From NCBI GenBank assembly GCA_023213395.1, contig CM041465.1:75461741-75525740 (forward strand): DNA of 64,000 nt, given 5' to 3'. The translations under genes were made by a program, and so were the position numbers. Positions 51,457-61,481 of this stretch are shown piece after piece (the first letter of the stretch is position 1; each line of letters starts with the position of its first letter). The stretch comes from Cycas panzhihuaensis. Its lineage: Eukaryota > Plantae > Cycadophyta. The notes below the pieces were generated by a model that saw nothing but the letters and a program-made list of their open reading frames with translations, made no database searches and had not been told where the DNA came from.

Positions 51457-53758
51457 AAGATGTAATAATATAAACTCATGAATATAAAACATTAAACAGG
51501 TAAAATAAATATCATCAAACATAATCATCACCACAAGACACCAAGATTTATACGTGAAAAACCCAATATGGGAAAAACCACGAGGGAAGGTGGAGTTAAG
51601 ACTCCGCTTATGATCATAAGGATTACATCTTTCTCCTCTCTCCTTTCTCAAGTTCTCAAGTGGTGAGAGTAAAAATATATAGGGATAATTACCTCATGAG
51701 TAGCCTTTCATATGTCATAGCACCCATTGTCAACTACTTCAGAATATTTGGCTCTACCTGTTATGCTCACATTCTAGATGGGCATAGAAACAAGCTCCAG
51801 TCACGAGCTTTGAAAGACATCTTTGTAGGGTACCCAATGAACAATATCTTCGTACAAACTCTAAAGAATATCATTATTACACGAGACGTGATCTTTACAG
51901 AAATAGAAGAACAGCTCTTGCAGCTTGATTCCAAAGCTCCCACTCACTGCTACAAGGATGTTCAAGAATATGATATGCAGATTCCAAAATTTAGGCGGGG
52001 GGAGGAGGGGAGACATAGAAGAGATACTCAAAATTCTAGAATCTGACAACAGAGCCACGGAGGACACGGATTCAACACTCGACACCAATCAGCATTAATC
52101 CAACTCCTTTGGAGAACAACCTTGATTACAAAGGCAAAGGAATTGCTCAAGGACCCTCATCACCTTCTTCAGTGGTGGGACGATCTTCTCCAACAGTGTC
52201 GACGTCCTCCATTCCTCAAATCTCTTATGATACATTTCAGGATCAAAACAATGACCAAATTCATTCCAAACTAAAGGTTTTCGTGAAGCTTACTAGCTGA
52301 ACAAGGATCTAAGACCTGATGAGATAGGCAAAATCGACACCCGAAGTGGTGCCCTAAAGGCAAAGGAACAAAGTACACTTCCCACATAGCTTGAACCGAC
52401 AAAAGTGCACCTTGCCAGCAATGAAGAGCCTCTCACATATTAAAAAGTTGTAAAATATATAGCTTGGAGAAATGCAATGAACAAGGAATATCAATCCATG
52501 ATAAAAAAAATGGTACTTGGGAGCTCACAAATCTATCGTTGGGAAGGAAGGTAGTAAGAAATGAATAGGTGTTCAAAAATAAATATAAATCTCACAACAC
52601 CCTTGATAATCACAAGGCGAAGTTGGTAGCAAAGGGATTCACTCAAAAGGAAGGCATTGATTACATCGAGGTCTTTACACTTATGACCAAATGGCCCACA
52701 ATTAGAACTCTTATAGCCTTGGTAGCTTAACAGAGCTAGAAGATTCACCAGCTTGATGTAAAGACAACATTCCTCAGCGAGGATCCTGAAGAAGAAATCT
52801 ACATGGCTCAGCCTGAAGGATATGAGATTGTTGGACAAAAGCATAAGGTGTATTGACTCAAGAAGTCTTTATATAGCCTTAAACAAGCCCCTCGTGCTCG
52901 GTTCACCAAGTTGTCAGAAAGAATGAAGCAACTTGGATATAAAGTTTGTGACTACCAAGATATCGATGCAACATTATTCATCAAGCGTGGAAAAGATAAA
53001 GTCACTTACCTCTTAATCTTTGTGGACAACATGCTTATAACAGGTAACAGTGAATAGGCAATCAACTAACTAAAAAAGGACTTAGCAAAAATGTTCAAAT
53101 TATCTAACCTTGGGTTGATGAAATACTACTTGGGGATTGAGGTTACTAAGAAAGATGGTCAAATCTTTCTTTCTCAAGAAAAATACATCAACCATCTTCT
53201 AACAAGATTTAGGTTAGAAGATGCTCGACCAATAGCCACTCCAATGGAATTAAACGTCAAACTGATAGTTGATGGCGATAATCAAGAGACAGGTGCAACA
53301 CTTTACAGGCAACTTGTAAGTAGACTCATCTATACTACTAATACAAGACTTGATATTGCACACTCTATCAACATTCTTACTCACTATAGAATCACTGGCA
53401 AGCAGCAGTGTAGGTGTTGAGGTACCTTAAGATGACCTACAAATATGGTCTATTGTATGAATCCAATTCAGAATTCAAATTATATGCATACACAGACTCA
53501 AACTTTGCCGAAGACAAAGACACAGGGAGATCCACGTCTAGGTATGTAACATATTTCTTGGAACAACACCAATATCATGGAAATCTAGATGGTAGAAGAT
53601 AGTTATAGGCTCAACTGTCGAAGCTAAATATATTGTTGCTTCTAAGACCAGCAAAGAGGTAATATGGCTAAGAAAATTGTTGGAAACATTAAATATCACC
53701 CAGACAAGTTCTACCAACCTTCGTGTGGACAATCAGTCTACAATCCATATGGCTAAGA

Positions 53759-54312
53759 TGTTAAACCTTATGTTTACATATTAAGATAATGTACTTTAAT
53801 TTTTATGTAATATGTGTACTTTTATACTTTAGGGGTGACTTATCACTTAAATAATAAAGTGCACACCCACATTCTTTCTAGTGACACAACGTTGTCACTA
53901 AAGGGTCAAATGGACCCTCATGTATTTTTGCTCACATGAGAGCCTAAAAGGACACATGTCCTACATGCAAGGCATGTATCTTGGATGTTTGACACTTGTC
54001 AAACATCCAAGGCCTTAGGTCTCTCATTTCACTCTATATAATGAGACCTCTTCTCATTGTCTCATAAGAGAGTTGGAGCTATATTGTTATCCTATCAGTT
54101 TGCTAATCAAACTGTTTATTCTTTGGAAGTTGGACCAATTCCAACTCCACACATTTGGTATCATTTCTCTTGCTCCTTCATTTTATGCTTTGTCTCTTAT
54201 GCTTTCTTTCATCTTAAGAGTATTATACTTGTTAAGTATTTGTGCTTCTAGAACTATAGTGATCCTAGCTTCTAGATCTTGGGACTGTGAGGCCATTAGG
54301 CCTCTTTTCACA
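53759..54312 (+). repeat. 5' LTR of C (554 bp)
   Basis: Begins exactly where the A RNase H breaks off; TATA-like CTATATAA at ~54034; followed by the PBS. Confidence 0.9.
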
Positions 54313-55049
54313 TTTGGTATCAGAGCAAGAGAAGACTAGTTCTCTCCTGCTCGCTTTGTAGCCTCAAGGAGATTCAAAGAAGGGCTTCAAACCCTTGGTG
54401 ACGACCTTCGCCCTCTGAAGGCGATCCAAGGTTTGTTTGAGACCATTGTGTTGCAAGTTCAAGCTTCTGGAGCAGCATTGAAAGGCTGGAGCACTCCATA
54501 TTCATATCTAAATTTTTTTTTTAGATCACCTTCAAGGGTTTTGAACAAGTTTACTCACGTTTTTTGTAATTTTTCTACTAAAATCTGTATTTTTTAGCTA
54601 ATTTTTTTCTCACATTTGAGTGTTGAGTTATTCTCTAGCGATTTGAAGCTCTCAGACTGAATTTATTTGAAGTTTGAGGACCATTGCAGGCTGTGGATCA
54701 ATTTCTGGGCATTTTCAGCGTTGAAACCCTACTCAAAAAGCATAAAAAATTACTGTTTTTTACTCTTTTTCTCATATCAAGTTGACTGTCCACATACTGA
54801 CCCTGCATGCAGCTGTGGTAGGCTTAAGGGAAGAGTTTTAGTGATTAATACGAGGGTTTAAAACCCCGAACAGCCGTACGACTCTAGTTTTCCTTTCTTA
54901 AGGACGTATAACCATCCATAACTTCAATTACTTGCAGTTCTCTGCACACTTGACGAAAACCCTTGAGATTTTAGAAGGAGTTGGATACCACTTGGGCACC
55001 TCTCCTCCTGAATTTTCAGGACAAACAGAGGTCTCTACAAGCTATTTTC

Positions 55050-55252
55050 TGTTGGATATAATGTTTTATCTAGAGACCCACTTTGTATGTAACTTAAGAC
55101 ACTCACCACTTGGACACGTGTCAGTTAGACATGTAGCGGTTACATTTAGTTCCAAAGGAGTTACAACTCCAAGTTGTATAAATTTCCATTCGCTTGATCG
55201 GTAAGCATTGAACCGATTGGGTTCTATTCATACGTGTCTTAGAATTCTATCA
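55050..55252 (+). repeat. 5' LTR of D (203 bp)
   Basis: Direct alignment with 59993-60194. Confidence 0.97.
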
Positions 55253-55945
55253 TGGTATCGTGAGGTGTCATCCCGTCGATTGAGAGAGGTTGTGCCAATG
55301 ATTCAAGTTGTGTCCAAGCAAGACAGAGGTAGAATAACTGTGAAAGATCAAGAAGTTCAAGGCAAGAGAGGCGGTGAAAACTCACCCGTAATCAAAACAA
55401 AGGAGAGAAGAATTTTGACCGATGCAGGCTATCTGGAGCCGCATTTGGACAAAATTCAAGTGCTCAAAATGAGCTGAAATTTGGCTAGAAGGTAGATCAG
55501 ACCATCCTCGTCATCTTTCTCTACTGGCACGAAGTCATCAGGAGCCGTTTCGAAGGGGTTTTACCCATTTTCAGAAGGTCATGGGTTTTGAGACACAGGT
55601 ACCCAAAATCCTCAATTTTCTCTCGATTTTCTCTCTGAAAACGTTCATCAACTCTCTCAGATACTCTGACGCCCCCATTGTGGTCGATTTTGACCGATTT
55701 AAATGAGTAATTTGATTGATATGAGCATTTTTTCTCAAAAAAACCTAACCGCCAAGATTGCTTTTCAGACTGTTTTTCTCCCAAACTAGGGATTGTCTTA
55801 GAAAAATAATTTCAGATCTGGAATCCTCTCGCCACCAGCTTTCTTTTGAGGTATAGTTTGCCTTCATCCATACACCTTCCGCATCTGCATACAAAAATCC
55901 GCACTGTTACGACCTAAGATGTCGCAACTTGTTTTTGTATCCATA

Positions 55946-58900
55946 ATGTCTTCTTCTATCTTGGCTCTCTCCGATTCGCACAAGCTCACTGACAACAACT
56001 ACCATATATGGAAAATCAAAATAGAAACCCTTCTGAGAGCCAAAAATGCTTGGCAAATAGCCCACGAAAAGGAAGACAAACCTAAAACAACAAGGGCGGA
56101 TCTAACAAGTGGGAAGAACGAGATAATCTTTGGAGTAATAGTACTTAAGTTATCCATTTCGACCCGCTACTTGTGTATGTGGAAAACTTAACCACTCATC
56201 GTTGAAATCTGGAAGTGCTTTGAGAAATTGTATGGTCAAAAGAATAAAGCTAGAATAGTGGCACTCAAGGAGGAATTATTCAAGGTACACATGAAAGAAA
56301 CCGAAACTGTGACTGAATTCATGCACAAAGTGATATCCTTGCGGAATGATCTACTTAGCGCAAGATCTGCAATTTCTGATTCTGAGTTGGTTGAAATGGT
56401 AGCCAGTAAATTGCCTAAATCCTTTGATATCACAATTAACACTATTACAAATAATGATCAGATAGCAACAATGACATTGGACACATTCACAGGACTACTC
56501 CTAAGGCAGGAACAAAGAAATAGAAGATATGAAAACTCTGCAGAACTTGAAGATGCCTTTGTATCCAGACTAAATCTGAGAACCAGAGAAAGAAGCAGAG
56601 GACGAGGAAGGGCTCCAGAGTTTAGAGCCCAGTCACGAGGAAGATGGCAAGATTCGCGAGGAAGAGGACGCATCTCAACGCCAAGACTGTGCTATAACTG
56701 TGGTAAAACCAGTCATTTTGCAAGTTCCTGTAGAGTATTTGACCTATGTTATCATTGTGGCCAAGCAGGACACTTTCCATACCAATGTCCAACTAGGAGA
56801 GCTGACATTCAGAAAGGTAAAAGACCCATGGGCAATTACAGCAAGGAACAAAATGAAGAAGGAGGAGACCGCATTCATCGTTGCTCTTGCCGCATCTCTC
56901 CAAGATAAAGACGTGTGGTACATCGACTCAGGAGCATCGCGTCACATGACCACCGGGAGGAGTGGTTCAAACCTTGCACCTTTATGCCTCAAACAAATTG
57001 GTGGAGCTAGGGGATAAATATCCCTCAACATCAAGGGTGTAGGAACCATTGTTGTAGAACCGCAAGGTAGCATCAAAAATTGGAAATGTCTTGTTAGTTC
57101 ACGACATAAAGATGAATCTTCTATCTATATCCCAACTTGAAAAAAGGGTCCGAGAACTGCCTTTTGATGAAAAAGGATATTGTTATATCCATGACATGAC
57201 AAATCATGGCCATGTAATTGCAAAGGGATAGAAAGTAATGACCAGTATAGGTTGCTTTCATATCTGTCCCGCCTGTTGTAAAAGCATGCATCTTTGTAAA
57301 TCATAATGACAAAATGTGGCATTTCAAGTATGGACACCTTCCATTAGACAAATTAAAAAAATGAAAAGGAAGGTTTAGTTGACGGACTCCCATCAATCAC
57401 TTCATAATTTTGTATGTAAAAGTTGCCAATCGTGGAAGCAAAGAAAGATTTCCTTCAAGGAAAGCAAATGGCAAGCCCAAAAGAAACTAGAACTCATTCA
57501 CACTGATATATGTGGACCGCTCACTCCGCACTCCATCAACGGATGCGTATACTTTCTCACCTTCATAGATGATATGACAAGGAAAACTGGGTCTATTTTT
57601 GCATAACAAGTCTGAAGTATATGCAACATTCAAAGAGTTCAAAGCAGAAGTTGAACTAGAGTCCAAAGAAAAACTCAAATGCATACGATCAGATGGGGGA
57701 GGTGAATACATTTCAAAAGAATTTCTGGAATATTGCAAAGTCAATGGAATTCGAAGACAAATCACCACTTCCTATACACCTCAATCTAATGGGGTGGCAG
57801 AAAGGAAGAACAAAGTGATCATGGAAATGGCTCGTAGTATGGTGCATGGGAAAGGAGTCCTAAAGAATTATTGGACAGAGGCAGTAAACACTGCATGTTA
57901 CTTATTGAATAGGAGCCCAACCAAAGCAGTAGAACATCTTACAGAAGAAGCACGGACAGAAAAACCGGATGTTAGCCATCTAAAGGTATTTGGCAACAAG
58001 CCTTTGTACACATACCGAGACATAAAAGAAGAACCAAGTCGGACTCGAAAAGCATAGAATGTATCATGATTGGATACAGTAAGAACTCTAAAGCCTACAA
58101 GTGCATAGATCCCAAGACAAACAAGATCTATGCAAGCCGTGATGTTGTGTTCAATGAAGATAGTGATGAAGAGTTTAGCAAGCAAATCCAAGTAATAGAG
58201 GGACATTCTCAGAACATTCTTCAAGAATCACCTGAAGAAGAACCTAAAGAACGATCCGAATTACCTCCAAGATCTTCCAGAAGAAACTCGGAAAGTCACC
58301 CTACTGGAAGATGAGGAAACATTTCCAGATGAACCCAAGGCAGTTGAAACAGAAAAAGAAAAAAGGCTTCCCAAATGGTATCTCAAAACCATTGAGGAAA
58401 GAAAGGAAGACATCTTACCACACAGGACAAGAAGCCAAAAACCAAGGGCTCAGACACCATCCGGAACCATGATCATATCTGAAGCTAAAGAACACTCAGT
58501 TTGGAGAAATGCCATGAATTCTGAATTAGACTCTATCATCAAGAATCAAACCTGTGATTTAGTAGAATTACCACCAAATAAATCAATGGTAAATTGCAGA
58601 TGGATCTACAAAATAAAGGAAGGAGCAAATGGGAAAGTGGAAAAATATAAGGCTAGGTTAGTTGCTAAGGGATACACTCAAATAGCTAGGGTGGACTATG
58701 ATGAAACCTTCTCACCAGTAGCGAAACTCAGCACTGTGAGAACAGTAATTGCTCTAGCAGCTCAAAAAAATTGGAATGTGTATCAATTAGATGTCAAAAG
58801 TGCATTTCTAAATGGAGAGATCAAGGAAGAAGTGTATATGGCCCAACCTGAAGGATACGTTAAGCAGGGTCAGGAACACTTGGTCTGCAAATTAAAGAAA

Positions 58901-59977
58901 GCCCTGTATGGTCTGAAGCAAGCTCCTCGTGCTTGGTATGCCAAACTTGATGAATACCTATGTGAAAATGGGTTCAAAGTGGTGCATTTCGAGACTCAAG
59001 CTTATATGTAAAAGGTACAAACGAAGTTGTCACAATTTTGGTTGTATATGTTGGTGACATGATACTTACAGGTAATGATGTTGAATCTGGAAGTGACATA
59101 AAACATCAATTGGAGAGGAAGTTTGAAATGACCGACCTAGGTCTTCTCAACTATTACCTAGGGATCCAAGTAGCACAACAGGACACTGCATTCACCTTAT
59201 GTCAGACCAAATACATCAAAGATTTGTTAGCAAAGTTCAGAATGGAAGAGTGCAATCCATACAGTACACCCATGGAAGTCAATTGCAACATGATACCAGA
59301 AGAAGAACCTCACATCAATGTCACATTATACGTGCAACTTGTTGGGAGTCTCATCTATCCGACAAGAACTGGACTAGACATTGCTTATTCTGTGGGATTA
59401 ATATCTAGATACATGCATGAGCCAAGACAAAGACATTGGCAAGCAGCAAAGAAGATACTAAGGTATCTTAAGGGAACAACAGAACTAAAGTTGACATATC
59501 CAAAGGAGAATACAACTCAGTTAATCGCATACTGTGACTTAGATTGGGCAGGTGACAAGGAACAAAGAAAATCTACCAGCGGACATTACTTCTTCCTTGG
59601 ATCAGCTCCTATCTCCTAGAGCAGTAAGAAACAAGCTATTGTGGCCCTATCATCCATGTAAGGTAGAGTACAAGTCACCGTCTGCCACCACGTAAGCAGT
59701 TTGGTTGAGGCAACTTCTTCAATATCTAAATCTGTCTCAACAAGAAGCCACTATACTCCATTGTGACAATCAGAGTGCAATCAAGATTGCAAAGAACCCG
59801 ATCTTGCATGCGAACAAAACACATTGAGGTGCATCAACACTTCATCAGAAAAGATTCAAAGTAAGGAAATCAATCTTGTGTACCGCCCAACTCGCATCAA
59901 GTGGTCGACATTACGACCAAGCCTCAGGCAAAGACAAATTTCAAATTCTCAGAGACAAAATAGGATTAACCGGATAA
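55946..59977 (+). pseudogene. gag-pol: Copia D gag-pol (frameshifted as assembled), two CCHC knuckles
   Basis: KLTDNNYHIWKIKIETLL; CYNCGKTSHFASSC and CYHCGQAGHFPYQC; WYIDSGASRHMT; LELIHTDICGP, IRSDGGGEY, NGVAERKN; KARLVAKG, QLDVKSAFLNG, LYGLKQAPRAW; AYCDLDWAGD. Confidence 0.95.
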
Positions 59978-59992
59978 AACATTAAGAGAGGG

Positions 59993-60194
59993 TGTTGGAT
60001 ATAATGTTTTATCTAGAGACCCACTTTATATGTAACTTAAGACACTCACCACTTGGACACGTGTCAGTTAGACATGTAGCGGTTACATTTAGTTCCAAAG
60101 GAGTTACAACTCCAAGTTGTATAAATTTCCATTCAGTTGATCAATAAGCATTGAACCATTCAGTTCTATTCATCTGTGTCTTAGAATTCTATCA
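59993..60194 (+). repeat. 3' LTR of D (202 bp)
   Basis: Follows the PPT; direct alignment with 55050-55252. Confidence 0.97.
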
Positions 60195-61481
60195 TTCTCA
60201 TCATTTGCGTGTCCATGTGAGCCGCCCAAGTCACGCTGCCATGAACGACCTTTTTTTTTTATTTTGAAAAATTCAAATTAAACTTTTGATTTTTGTACCT
60301 TATGTTATACTTTTAAGAATATTTCTCTGAATATTGTTAGCTGGATATTAAAATTTCTGGCTTTAAGTCCTCAATCAAGGGTCCCTACGTGGTGTTCTTG
60401 CTGCTCAAATTTGCAAAATAAAAAAAAAAAAATGAATTTTAACCTTTGTTTTTTGCTCTTTAAGCTTTTTTTAACACTTAATTAATGTTGCATAAGTGTT
60501 AATTGGCTTAGGTGAAGTGATTTTTTTAAGTGTTTGTACATTGTAAAAGTGATATTTATCATTGTTTTTAAACACTCCTTTAAGGCACCCTACATGATGA
60601 CCTATTGCCCTTAATCTCAAAAAGGGCTCAAAAAACACTTTGTACTTAATAAAATCACTTCTCTTTTGATCATTGGGACTATTTTAAAGTCCCAACACTT
60701 GGTGCTTGGTGTCCTATTTCGCAAGTGGTTCTCTTACCTTCACTTTTGAGCATTAAAAGGAACCCATTTGTATCTTCATCACTAAGTTTTGTCTTGCTTC
60801 ATTGAGTACTTAAGCACGTTTTCAAAGTACTTTTTTGCAAAACTCATTGTAATCATCTGTTTTTTACTTGGATCAACATAAACACTACACTTCATTAAAG
60901 TGTTCATTGTAATAACACTTCAAGTGTCATATTGATGTACTAAAATTGCTTCCTTTTGAAGCCACTCTTTCATTGTAAAGCTTAATCAAGCATTCTTATA
61001 AGTACATCATCCAAGTAAATAAATCTAAGTTCACTTTAAAACTTCTAAAAAGTAACTTAAAATCTTGTTGAAGAGGCTCGAAAAAGGTTCAAATCTTACC
61101 TCTAAAATAACCTTAAGCTTGGTGCATTCCCTCAGGGACCAACCGACATTTGGTCGGTCACGACAATTAAGGTTGCTTGAGGGAAAGAAGGTTCGAAAAG
61201 GGTGTTATTGGAGCTGTGAATCCCAAGGAAAGCATGGTACGTTCATGCAGATCAACCCTACCTACCTTGTCCTAGATTTAACTTGGCCAACTGTTGGATC
61301 TCTTCTATAGATCAGAGTTGGACTAACTCCATAGCCTAGTCCTCCACCCTTCATCATTCCATTCAGTTGTTGGATCTTCTAGTAGGATCAGGACTATTGG
61401 TTTCGTTAGAAGGTGGAACTTAAGCGATGAAAGCTTTGAGTTTCCAAGTTATTTGCTAGCTTCAAGCTTTATAACTGAAAC

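Larger units (their letters stand above)
49332..51717 (-). mobile_element. Non-autonomous copia-type element B (2.4 kb, no pol) inserted in the integrase of A
   Basis: 3' LTR 49332-49765 with PPT (CCCCCCCAT on the plus strand, 49766-49774). 5' LTR 51409-51717 is shortened at its U3 end. Three PBS copies at 51359-51444. TSD TAGAC (49327-49331) vs TAG-C (51718-51721). Host reading frame is continuous across the site. Confidence 0.88.
44713..53758 (+). mobile_element. Ty1/copia element A (5' LTR to RNase H), interrupted by B and C; remainder beyond the window
   Basis: LTR TGTTAATG...CCAACA (44713-45064), PBS TGGTATCAAGG at 45067, ~1.9-kb leader. gag-PR-INT-RT-RH breaks off at VDNQSTIHMAK, where LTR C begins. 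Confidence 0.9.
46985..53758 (+). pseudogene. gag-pol: Copia A gag-pol, decayed and split by element B
   Basis: CAQCHHKGH knuckle; WIIDTGAMQHMT (PR); LWHARMGHI; PLQLVHSNI...FIDDFTRKVW (INT). The integrase resumes at 51718 as PIVNYFRIFGSTCYAHI. LGLMKYYLGIEV (RT); AYTDSNFAED (RH). Confidence 0.92.
55050..60194 (+). mobile_element. Young full-length Ty1/copia element D nested in the leader of C
   Basis: LTRs at 55050-55252 and 59993-60194 with one mismatch in the first ~142 bp. TSD TTTTC / TTCTC (4 of 5). PBS TGGTATC at 55253, PPT AAGAGAGGG. Confidence 0.96.

Noticed and set aside
49263-51651. Duplicated ORF MR(N/K)ERGER.NPYDHKRSLNSTF as a small gene pair
   Set aside because: It is the same LTR sequence read twice (the two LTRs of element B).
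46290-61450. Hammerhead ribozyme or group II intron in the structured leader islands
   Set aside because: No CUGANGA...GAAA core in a correct helical context and no domain V consensus were found by eye.
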